This document shows positions 49,100 to 57,753 of a stretch of DNA of 64,000 nucleotides, piece by piece (the stretch's first letter is position 1; every line of letters starts with the position of its first letter). The position numbers and the translations under genes were made by a program. Below the pieces are notes generated by a model, which searched no databases, was not told the DNA's origin, and saw only the letters and a list, made by a program, of their open reading frames with translations. The stretch is from an uncultured Bacilli bacterium (GTDB lineage Bacteria; Bacillota_I; Bacilli_A; RF39; UBA660): positions 30,900 to 94,899 of the forward strand of contig CALVIH010000001.1 in NCBI GenBank assembly GCA_944329445.1, written 5' to 3'.

Positions 49100-49828
49100 A
49101 TGAAGTTGAAAGATAAAACTAATTTGGAATATTTAAAAAAATATTATAAAGGTAATATAAACGATGCTATTAAGTTGTTAGAAGAAGGAAAACCTGCTCA
49201 GTACATAGTTGGTAACGTAGATTTTTATGGATATGTACTTGATGTTAATGAAAACGTTTTAATTCCAAGACGTGAGACAGAAGAATTAGTTGAGGAAGTA
49301 ATTAAACGTTCTAAATCATTTACCAATCCGGTTATGATTGACGTCGGAACGGGAAGTGGCGCAATTGCCATAGCACTTTCAAAAGAACTTGATTGTCACG
49401 TTTATGCTTCTGATATTAGTCATAAAGCTTTGGAAGTTGCTAAAAAAAATAGCATTAGTAACAAAGCCTCCGTTACATTTTTAGAAGGTGATATGTTAAA
49501 ACCATACATAAACCAAAAAGTAAAAGCAGATATAATAGTAAGTAACCCACCATACATAATGGAGGATGAAGAAATAGAAGATGTTGTTAAAAACAATGAA
49601 CCACACATAGCTTTATACGCTAAAAATAAAGGATTAGAATTTTATGATAGTATTTTAAAAGATGCAAAATATGTTTTAAACGACAAATTCTTAATAGCTT
49701 TTGAAATAGGCGTAACTCAAGCAGAAGCCATAAAAGAGCTTGCTTTAAAGTATTTAGGTGATGTAACGGTCGAAGTAAAAAAAGATTTGTCGGACAAAAG
49801 TAGGTTTATTTTCGTATATAATTATTAA
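49100..49828 (+). CDS. prmC: release factor glutamine N5-methyltransferase
   Basis: ATG at 49100. VLIPRRETE, DVGTGSGAIA, and SNPPYI. Confidence 0.9.
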   Translation: MKLKDKTNLEYLKKYYKGNINDAIKLLEEGKPAQYIVGNVDFYGYVLDVNENVLIPRRETEELVEEVIKRSKSFTNPVMIDVGTGSGAIAIALSKELDCHVYASDISHKALEVAKKNSISNKASVTFLEGDMLKPYINQKVKADIIVSNPPYIMEDEEIEDVVKNNEPHIALYAKNKGLEFYDSILKDAKYVLNDKFLIAFEIGVTQAEAIKELALKYLGDVTVEVKKDLSDKSRFIFVYNY

Positions 49829-49863
49829 AAGTCACTCACTAGTTAATAGAGGGTGATTTTTAA

Positions 49864-50394
49864 ATGAAAAAGTTTATTATAATCTTACTTGCATGTCTAT
49901 CATTATATATGTTTTTTAGTAAAACAAATAATCAAGAAGACGTTCGAATACCGGATTCCGCAATAAGGTTTAGGGTCCTTGCCAATAGTAATTCTCCAAG
50001 GGATCAAAAAATAAAACAAGACGTAAGAGACAAGATGCAAAAAGAGTTATACACGTTGCTTGAAAATACAAAAAGTACCAAAGAAGCAAGAAACTTAATT
50101 CAGGGTAACATGGATAACTTTAATAAAATATTACAAGAAGAGATGGCAGATAAAGAATATTCTTATACGATTGATTACGGAATGCATGAATTTCCTGAAA
50201 AAACATATAAAGGAATAACCTATGAAGCGGGTGAATATGAGTCTTTACTTGTTACTTTAGGAGAAGGTAAGGGTGATAATTGGTGGTGCGTTTTATTTCC
50301 TCCTTTGTGTCTTTTAGAGGCTGAGGAAACCACTAACACTAACGAAGTTGAATATAAATCTTTTATAAAAGAACTAATTGAAAAATATTTTTAA
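49864..50394 (+). CDS. spoIIR: stage II sporulation protein R
   Basis: Signal anchor, IRFRVLANSNSPRDQ, and GDNWWCVLFPPLC. Confidence 0.9.
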   Translation: MKKFIIILLACLSLYMFFSKTNNQEDVRIPDSAIRFRVLANSNSPRDQKIKQDVRDKMQKELYTLLENTKSTKEARNLIQGNMDNFNKILQEEMADKEYSYTIDYGMHEFPEKTYKGITYEAGEYESLLVTLGEGKGDNWWCVLFPPLCLLEAEETTNTNEVEYKSFIKELIEKYF

Positions 50395-50468
50395 GACCAA
50401 TGTAATAGGATAATGTAGGAAGGTGATTTATCATCGCAAACATTATATTAATTGGAATTAGCTTAAGC

Positions 50469-50960
50469 ATGGATGCGTTTGCATTAGCATTATCCTACGG
50501 AATTAAAAACGTACGTATAAAAAACGTAATAATTACTGCGGTAACGGTCGGTATTTTTCATTTTTTTATGCCGTTAATTGGTAATTTCGTAGGCGTTCGT
50601 TTATTTGAATACACCATTATAAAACCAAAGTTCGTTTTGTTTGCTGTTTTTATGATACTATCGGTTGATATGTTTACGCATTTTTTTGAAAAAACACCAA
50701 AGATAAGGCCTCTTAACTTAATTGGAATCATTATTTTTGCCATATCAGTAAGTTTTGATAGCTTTTCCGTTGGAATAGGAATAAACTATATATATTATAA
50801 TATTTTATTGGTAGTGTCATTGTTTTGTGTAATTAGTTTGTTTTTTACTATTTTAGGATTCTGGTTAGGTAAAAAATTATCAATGAAAATAGGCAAATAT
50901 TCGTTCTTAATTGGCAGTTTAACGCTATTTATTTATTCACTACTTATGTTGACAAATTAA
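50469..50960 (+). CDS. mntP: manganese efflux pump MntP
   Basis: SMDAFALALSYG and DSFSVG repeat motifs with six TM helices. The first ATG cuts into the conserved TM1 region (see finding). Confidence 0.8.
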   Translation: MDAFALALSYGIKNVRIKNVIITAVTVGIFHFFMPLIGNFVGVRLFEYTIIKPKFVLFAVFMILSVDMFTHFFEKTPKIRPLNLIGIIIFAISVSFDSFSVGIGINYIYYNILLVVSLFCVISLFFTILGFWLGKKLSMKIGKYSFLIGSLTLFIYSLLMLTN

Positions 50961-51010
50961 TGGATTTATGTTAGCATATATGACATTCAATTACGAAGGG
51001 GGTAATTTAT

Positions 51011-52639
51011 ATGATAACAATGGAAAGTTATAAGTCTGCTATAGACGAGACCGAAGAAAAAACATCTTCTATTACACCTAAAAGAAATAAACAAGTCTTA
51101 AAAAAAACAAAAAGAAAAGAAAAGGTTATAGGTACTGTAGCTGGTGTAGCTGCTGCCGCAGTTTTGGTTACTGGGATAGCACATTTGCTTGATAGGCCAA
51201 ATACTCCAACACCAAATCCAGATCCAATAAGTGATCCAGATATTGAAACAGATGATAAAGAAGTAATTGATTCTAGTTTTAAGTATGCTTTGGTGGCGGA
51301 TTTTGATGCTGAAGATAATGACCAGATTATGACTGTAGCAGATGAGATTACTGCTAATACCAAGGCTACTTCTAACGTTGAAAACATTATTAAAACTTAT
51401 AATGCGGTTATTCAAAAAAGTGATTTCTCTTCAAATTCAGATGTTGAAATTTTTGAGGAACTACGAAGTTACGCATGGGCATTATATAATGATATATATT
51501 ATACAGATATGGTAAAAGAATATATTCATGTGAGTAATTATTTGCAATCGGACAAGGAGTTAACCGACAAGGAAAAAGAAGATTTAAAAGAATCTCAAGA
51601 GAATTTAGGAAAATATAAAGTTGTAACTCCAAGCGCTATTTTAGGAAATGTTAATACTACCGAAAACAAAGAAAAAATAAATGAATATTTAAGTTTGATT
51701 GCTAAGGAAGAAGAAAAAATACAAAATTACAACGAAAAAATAAAAGCTGGTAAAAGTGAAGAAAGATATAATAAAAAGATAGCTAAAAGTAATGCAAAAA
51801 TAAAGGAGTATCAAGGTGAAATAGAAAAGTTAAAGACTTCAGAGGAAAAATATAACGAAAGAATAAATATTAACTTAGAAAAATCTTTAACAGCTATAAT
51901 AGACGGTGATATGGAAAGCCTTAGTGAGTTGGCTCAAGAATTTTATGACATTTATAAAGATATAAGAGACGATAGTGATTTGAAAAAAAATAATCCTGAA
52001 CGTTGGAAAGTGTATATAGAGTATTTTAAGGCAATGGTTTCTATATATGGTAATTATCTAGAAAAAGAAAGCAAAGATATTGATGAAGCAGTACAAGCTG
52101 TTTCATATGAAGAATTATTCAAATCTCTTTTAAGAAATTGGGATGTTGATATAGCAGAGATTATGGCTTTATTAGAAAAAGATGGTAATTTTGCAGAAAC
52201 TATTACTCTTAATGAGGAAAAGTATAATAAAGAAGATTCTACCTCAGCGAACAATTCATCGTACGCAACAGGTGATGATACCAAAACCGAAGAGAAACAT
52301 GGTGAACAAGCAAGTGGTTCTAAAGGTAAGCAAGAAACAATAAAAGGATCAGAAAACCTTGGTACAACAACAGAAAAAGAAGAAACTTTACCTACTCCTG
52401 ATAATCCGCCAAAAGATAATGTTCAAGAAGGTGGCCAAGAGGTTGGAGATCCAGTAATTGAAGACAAACCTGGTGAGGTAATAGATGAAGAAGACGTACC
52501 TCCAGAAGTAGAAGAAGAACAAGATGAAGTCATTGGTGAGACAGAAGAAGTATACGTGGACGCTGATGGTGAGGAATTTGATTCTGTTATGACGGAAGAA
52601 GAGTTTGCAGCTAATTCGTTGGTTAAGAGTCTATACTAA
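51011..52639 (+). CDS. hypothetical membrane-anchored protein with coiled-coil ectodomain and acidic C-terminus
   Basis: Basic N-terminus, TM helix VIGTVAGVAAAAVLVTGIAHLL, Pro/Thr linker, K/E coiled coil, and a D/E-rich tail. Confidence 0.6.
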   Translation: MITMESYKSAIDETEEKTSSITPKRNKQVLKKTKRKEKVIGTVAGVAAAAVLVTGIAHLLDRPNTPTPNPDPISDPDIETDDKEVIDSSFKYALVADFDAEDNDQIMTVADEITANTKATSNVENIIKTYNAVIQKSDFSSNSDVEIFEELRSYAWALYNDIYYTDMVKEYIHVSNYLQSDKELTDKEKEDLKESQENLGKYKVVTPSAILGNVNTTENKEKINEYLSLIAKEEEKIQNYNEKIKAGKSEERYNKKIAKSNAKIKEYQGEIEKLKTSEEKYNERININLEKSLTAIIDGDMESLSELAQEFYDIYKDIRDDSDLKKNNPERWKVYIEYFKAMVSIYGNYLEKESKDIDEAVQAVSYEELFKSLLRNWDVDIAEIMALLEKDGNFAETITLNEEKYNKEDSTSANNSSYATGDDTKTEEKHGEQASGSKGKQETIKGSENLGTTTEKEETLPTPDNPPKDNVQEGGQEVGDPVIEDKPGEVIDEEDVPPEVEEEQDEVIGETEEVYVDADGEEFDSVMTEEEFAANSLVKSLY

Positions 52640-52646
52640 TCATTTA

Positions 52647-52678
52647 ACACTAGAATGTAAATTCTAGTGTTTTTCTTT
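52647..52678 (+). terminator. rho-independent terminator
   Basis: acactagaat-gtaa-attctagtgt followed by ttttc. Confidence 0.8.
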
Positions 52679-52719
52679 GTCTATGTATGTAAAATATGAT
52701 AAAATTGTTTTAGAAGGTG

Positions 52720-53577
52720 ATGGCGTTGTTAGTTAACAGTGACAGTTTATTAAGTATGGCATCTAAGGAAGGGTACGCCGTGCCAGCTTATAATATTAAT
52801 AATTTAGAGTGGGCTAGGTTTATTTTAGAGGCTTGCCAAGAGGACAAAAGTCCGGTAATACTTGCGGTAACCGAAAAAAGTATTTCTTATTTTGGTGGTA
52901 CTAAAGTAATTTATAACATGGTTAAAGGTTTGGTTGATGAACTTTCTATAACCATTCCGGTAGTGCTACATTTAGATCATGGTTCATCAGTTGAAATATG
53001 TAAAAAAGCAATTGATTCAGGCTTTACGTCGGTAATGATGGATGCATCAAGAAAAAGTATGCAAGATAACGTATCTGACACTAACGAAGTTATTTCATAT
53101 GCGGCAAATAAAAACGTTAGTGTTGAAGCAGAGATAGGTGTATTAAACGAAGAAGAGGGTGAATCTTTAGAAAACGATAGTGTAACTCCTGAAGATGCTA
53201 AGGAATTTGTTTTACAAACTGGAGTTAGCTCCCTAGCACCATCGGTAGGAAATAAACATGGTATTTATAAAGATGAACCAAAGTTAGATTTTGAACTGTT
53301 GGGATTGATTTGTAAAAGCGTTAAGATTCCATTGGTACTTCACGGGGCCTCAGGACTTAATGATAACATGATAAAGACCGCTATTTTTTGTGGTGTTGCT
53401 AAGATTAATATAAATACGGACTTACAAATAGTTTGGGCTGATGCCGTAAGACGATTTTTAGACTATAACAAAAAAGAATATGATCCAAGGGTCATTATCG
53501 CATCAGGAGAACAAGCAATTAAAAAAATGGTGCACTATAAAAATAATTTGTTTGGTTCAAAAAATAGGGCTGTTTAA
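52720..53577 (+). CDS. fba: class II fructose-1,6-bisphosphate aldolase
   Basis: YAVPAYNINNLEW, HLDHGSS, and LVLHGASG. Confidence 0.92.
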   Translation: MALLVNSDSLLSMASKEGYAVPAYNINNLEWARFILEACQEDKSPVILAVTEKSISYFGGTKVIYNMVKGLVDELSITIPVVLHLDHGSSVEICKKAIDSGFTSVMMDASRKSMQDNVSDTNEVISYAANKNVSVEAEIGVLNEEEGESLENDSVTPEDAKEFVLQTGVSSLAPSVGNKHGIYKDEPKLDFELLGLICKSVKIPLVLHGASGLNDNMIKTAIFCGVAKININTDLQIVWADAVRRFLDYNKKEYDPRVIIASGEQAIKKMVHYKNNLFGSKNRAV

Positions 53578-53629
53578 TCACTTTTTACGAAGTTTTTAAT
53601 AAAATACTATGTAGATATGGAGGAGTAAT

Positions 53630-54886
53630 ATGCACAAGATAATAATTGAAGGTAACAATAAATTAAGTGGTAAAATAAGAATTAGTGGATCAAAAAATAG
53701 TGCTGTTGCACTTGTCCCTGCAGCGGTACTTTGTGATGAAGAAGTAACTATAGCAAACGTACCTAGTATATCTGATATTGATGCCTTAGACGAGATTTTA
53801 AACCACCTTGGTGCAACCGTTACAAGAGTGGATGACGTTATTAAAATTGATTCGTCAAAAATAGAAAACAAACTAATTCCTGAAAAAGTTGCAAAAAAGT
53901 TAAGGGCATCATACTATTTTATGGGTGCATTACTTAGTAAGTTTAAACGGGTAGAAATGTATTTTCCAGGAGGTTGTTCCATTGGAGCAAGACCAATTAA
54001 TTTACACTTAAAAGGTTTTGAGGCATTGGGCGCTAAGATAAAAGAAGAGGATAATATGTTTATAATCACGGCGGACAAACTCGTTGGAACAAAAATAAAC
54101 TTAGATTTTGCATCGGTTGGTGCAACCATTAACCTTATGCTTGCAGCCGTAAAAGCAGAAGGAACAACAATAATTTCAAACGCTGCAAAAGAGCCACACA
54201 TCGTAAATGTTGCTACGTTCTTAAATAACATGGGTGCGAAGATAAGTGGTGCTGGGACAAGTGAAATAAAAATAGTTGGGGTTGATTATTTACATTCTTG
54301 TTTTCATGAGGTTGTTCCTGATTATATAGAAACAGGTACGTACATGATTTTAGCTAGTATGATCGGAAAAAATATAACCATAGAGAATATTATTCCTGAA
54401 CACGTTGAATCATTAATATCAAAGTTAGAGGAAGCAGGTGTTCCAATGGAAATAGGAATTGACTCTATAAAGATAAGTGCTCCTGATGTCCTAAATCCAT
54501 TAAACATAAAGACCCAAGTATATCCTGGCTTTCCAACTGATTTGCAACAACCAATGGCAACGCTTCTTACACAGGCAAATGGTAAGTCAATGATTAACGA
54601 AACGATTTGGGAAAACAGATTTTTGAACCTATTAGAACTAAATAAAATGGGGGCAACAACAGAGTTATTAACCACGTCCAAAGCGGTTATTATAGGTCCT
54701 ACTAAATTAAAGGGAAAAAAGGTTGCGGCATCTGATTTAAGGGCTGGCGCTTCGCTTGTTCTTGCGGGCTTAATAGCAGAAGGAACAACGGTTATTGAAA
54801 ACGCAGATTACATATTAAGAGGTTATGAAGGAATAGTCGAGAAGTTAACTAAAATAGGAGCAAAGATAAGATTGGAGGAAGAGTGA
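53630..54886 (+). CDS. murA: UDP-N-acetylglucosamine 1-carboxyvinyltransferase
   Basis: ISGSKNSAV, the active-site loop PGGCSIGARPINLH, and DLRAGASLVLAGL. Confidence 0.95.
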   Translation: MHKIIIEGNNKLSGKIRISGSKNSAVALVPAAVLCDEEVTIANVPSISDIDALDEILNHLGATVTRVDDVIKIDSSKIENKLIPEKVAKKLRASYYFMGALLSKFKRVEMYFPGGCSIGARPINLHLKGFEALGAKIKEEDNMFIITADKLVGTKINLDFASVGATINLMLAAVKAEGTTIISNAAKEPHIVNVATFLNNMGAKISGAGTSEIKIVGVDYLHSCFHEVVPDYIETGTYMILASMIGKNITIENIIPEHVESLISKLEEAGVPMEIGIDSIKISAPDVLNPLNIKTQVYPGFPTDLQQPMATLLTQANGKSMINETIWENRFLNLLELNKMGATTELLTTSKAVIIGPTKLKGKKVAASDLRAGASLVLAGLIAEGTTVIENADYILRGYEGIVEKLTKIGAKIRLEEE

Positions 54887-55227
54887 TGAACGAAAAAATA
54901 CCAAGCATTGATATAGAAGAGATATCTAATAATGCGAATGTTAATGATTCTAAACTAGATAATGTTGAACATATTGATAAAATAACTATACCAGATGATA
55001 TTGTTAGTAGTCATCAATTTAAAAATAATTTTAAACCAGAAAATGTTAAATATGTTACTGAAGAAGAAGAAAAAAAACTAAAGGAAGAAACGAAAAAAAT
55101 TTATAAAAAAATTTTCGATTGCTTAGAAGAAGCGGAAAAAAACGAGGGTAATAAAGATAGTTATACTGATGAGGATGTTTCTGAACAATTCTTTGACGAG
55201 GTCTCAAAAAACAATCATGTTGCTTAG
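54886..55227 (+). CDS. hypothetical small acidic protein
   Basis: The ATG overlaps the murA stop (tgatg) and is preceded by ggaggaag. 113 aa, D/E/K/N-rich. Confidence 0.5.
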   Translation: MNEKIPSIDIEEISNNANVNDSKLDNVEHIDKITIPDDIVSSHQFKNNFKPENVKYVTEEEEKKLKEETKKIYKKIFDCLEEAEKNEGNKDSYTDEDVSEQFFDEVSKNNHVA

Positions 55228-55291
55228 ATTTTAAAATATAATTAATAATAGACGTTATTTCGAAAGTAAAAATAAGATTGGAGGAAGAGTG

Positions 55292-55528
55292 ATGAACGAA
55301 AACAAACTAGATAATAGTATAGAAGTTGAGGATTTACCTGGAGAAATAATATCCGAGGAAAATATTCCACCAGAGAAAGAAGGTCATCGTGATAGGGAAG
55401 AAGTCTATGTTGATAATGATGATAATAAAAAAGTTAGGGTTTTTCCAGGAGATATTTCAACCACTTATGTTCCAGCGGGTACGACCTTTAAAGGTATAAC
55501 AACTAAAGAAAATGGTAAATCAAAATAA
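55292..55528 (+). CDS. hypothetical small acidic protein (paralogous initiation region)
   Basis: Has the same 31-nt SD/start block as the preceding gene. Contains NIPPEKE...EEVYVDNDD, homologous to the tail of the 51011-52639 protein. Confidence 0.5.
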   Translation: MNENKLDNSIEVEDLPGEIISEENIPPEKEGHRDREEVYVDNDDNKKVRVFPGDISTTYVPAGTTFKGITTKENGKSK

Positions 55529-55557
55529 TAAGTACTAAAAAGGCTTTCTTGTAAATA

Positions 55558-55592
55558 AAATAGTATTGATGGAAAAATACTATTTTTATTTT
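55558..55592 (+). terminator. rho-independent terminator
   Basis: aaatagtatt-gatggaaa-aatactattt followed by ttatttt. Confidence 0.75.
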
Positions 55593-55608
55593 GTGACGGG
55601 AGGCCTTT

Positions 55609-56370
55609 ATGAAAAGACGATATAAATTATTGATAGGTTTTGTAGTAACAGGAATAATATTAATCACCATATTCTTATTAACTCGTGATAGAAGTATTTA
55701 TTATCTTTCGTTGGGTGATTCTTTAGCAGCTGGTCAAACACCAAATAATACCATTGAAGAAAGTTATGGGGATTATGTATCTGAATATTTAAAAGATAAA
55801 GAGGTTTTAGAATTTTACACCAAAAAGTTTGCTAAAAGTGGTTATCGTAGCATAGACTTATTAAATGATTTAGAAAGTAATAAAAAAATAAAAGTAGACG
55901 GAAAGGAAATAACCATTAAACACGCTCTTATTAAGGCGGATTTAGTAACCGTAAGTATAGGATCGAATGATCTTTTTTATAAACTTAACATACGAACTGA
56001 ATTTGATTTAAGTGAGTTTGATGATATATATACTTACGTTGATGAATCAATAAGTGATGTTGATAAGCTTTTGTACGAACTTAGAAAATCCTGCAAAGAA
56101 CAGATAATGGTGTTCGGTTTTTATAATCCATTTACAAATTTTTCGTCTACTTTAGCGGACGTGGTAGAACCGGTCATCGTTTATGCTAACGACAAGATGA
56201 GGAGTTTAACCAAAAAGTATGATATGACTTACGTTGACATACATGATACTTTTTTAGCAAATAATGAATATTTACCTTCAAAATTGGAGATACATCCAAC
56301 TAAAGACGGGTATAAAGCAATGGGAAGAGCAGTAATTGATTTGATTGATGAAAAAATGCTTGCAAAATAA
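55609..56370 (+). CDS. SGNH/GDSL-family hydrolase, membrane anchored
   Basis: N-terminal TM helix and the GDSLAAG block I motif, with GSND in IGSNDL. Confidence 0.8.
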   Translation: MKRRYKLLIGFVVTGIILITIFLLTRDRSIYYLSLGDSLAAGQTPNNTIEESYGDYVSEYLKDKEVLEFYTKKFAKSGYRSIDLLNDLESNKKIKVDGKEITIKHALIKADLVTVSIGSNDLFYKLNIRTEFDLSEFDDIYTYVDESISDVDKLLYELRKSCKEQIMVFGFYNPFTNFSSTLADVVEPVIVYANDKMRSLTKKYDMTYVDIHDTFLANNEYLPSKLEIHPTKDGYKAMGRAVIDLIDEKMLAK

Positions 56371-56444
56371 TCATACAATTGTTATAATATAAAAGATTTT
56401 AAATCTATGACTTTATGTAAGTCATGGCGAAAGGAGCTATGAAT

Positions 56445-56678
56445 ATGCCTAAGAAAGAAAGTATTTACAAGACTTCAACGGTTACTTGTACATGTGGAGC
56501 AACATTTGAAACAAAATCAACTAATGATAAGATTCACGTAGAAGTTTGCTCAAAATGTCATCCATATTATACTGGCCAAGCAACAATGCAATCAAAGACC
56601 GGTAGAGCCGAGAAGTTTAACCAAAAGTATGGTTTGAAAAGTAACGTTAGCGCAGATGATAATCAGGCTGCTGCATAG
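56445..56678 (+). CDS. rpmE: 50S ribosomal protein L31
   Basis: ATG at 56445 lies 8 nt after aaggag. Zinc-ribbon Cys pairs CTCG...CSKCHPYYTG. Confidence 0.9.
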   Translation: MPKKESIYKTSTVTCTCGATFETKSTNDKIHVEVCSKCHPYYTGQATMQSKTGRAEKFNQKYGLKSNVSADDNQAAA

Positions 56679-56700
56679 TAAAATTTAATCATAATACATA

Positions 56701-56730
56701 TTGACAATAACATTAAAAAAGTGTTATATT
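56701..56730 (+). promoter_or_regulatory. str-operon promoter (extended -10)
   Basis: ttgaca (56701-56706), then tg-t-tatatt (56722-56730), with an 18-nt spacer. Confidence 0.6.
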
Positions 56731-56744
56731 ATATAAGCTGATTA

Positions 56745-56772
56745 TTAAGTCTTGCTTTTTAGTAAGACTTAA
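56745..56772 (+). promoter_or_regulatory. 5'-UTR stem-loop of the rpsL leader
   Basis: 12-bp stem ttaagtcttgct / agtaagacttaa with a tttt loop, starting about 8-15 nt after the predicted transcription start. Confidence 0.5.
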
Positions 56773-56825
56773 AAATATATCATAAATGAAACACCAGGTA
56801 GTGTGTTAAGAAAGGAGTAGAAATT

Positions 56826-57239
56826 ATGCCTACAATAAACCAAATTCTTCGTCATGGAAGACAAAAGAAGACCCGTAAGCCAAAGGCACCGGTTTTACTT
56901 GTTAGAACTAACACTTTAAAGAAGAAAAACCTAAGTGCTAACTCTCCACAAAAACGTGGGGTATGTACTCGTGTTGGAACTATGACACCAAAGAAACCAA
57001 ACTCAGCATTACGTAAGTATGCTCGTGTACGTTTAAGTAATGGTTATGAGGTAACTGCTTATATTCCAGGAGAAGGACACAATTTACAAGAACACAGCGT
57101 AGTACTAATACGTGGTGGTCGTGTAAAAGACCTTATCGGTGTACGTTATCACATCATAAGAGGTACTTTAGATACTGCGGGTGTTGCTGACAGAAAGCAA
57201 GCAAGATCTAAGTATGGTGCAAAAAAACCAAAAAAATAA
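56826..57239 (+). CDS. rpsL: 30S ribosomal protein S12
   Basis: [12 protein letters not shown] and [10 protein letters not shown]. Confidence 0.98.
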   Translation: MPTINQILRHGRQKKTRKPKAPVLLVRTNTLKKKNLSANSPQKRGVCTRVGTMTPKKPNSALRKYARVRLSNGYEVTAYIPGEGHNLQEHSVVLIRGGRVKDLIGVRYHIIRGTLDTAGVADRKQARSKYGAKKPKK

Positions 57240-57250
57240 AATCAAGATAA

Positions 57251-57739
<489 letters not shown>

Positions 57740-57753
57740 GAAAGGAGAAGTAT

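Noticed and set aside
50395-50468. Looked for a yybP-ykoY manganese riboswitch upstream of mntP.
   Set aside because: The gap is only 74 nt, partly coding-like, and has no four-way-junction-compatible pairing.
56407-56425. Hairpin atgactt-tatgt-aagtcat just upstream of the rpmE RBS, considered as an L31 autoregulatory leader.
   Set aside because: The 7-bp AT-rich stem has no additional conserved features I can recognise, so the evidence is insufficient.
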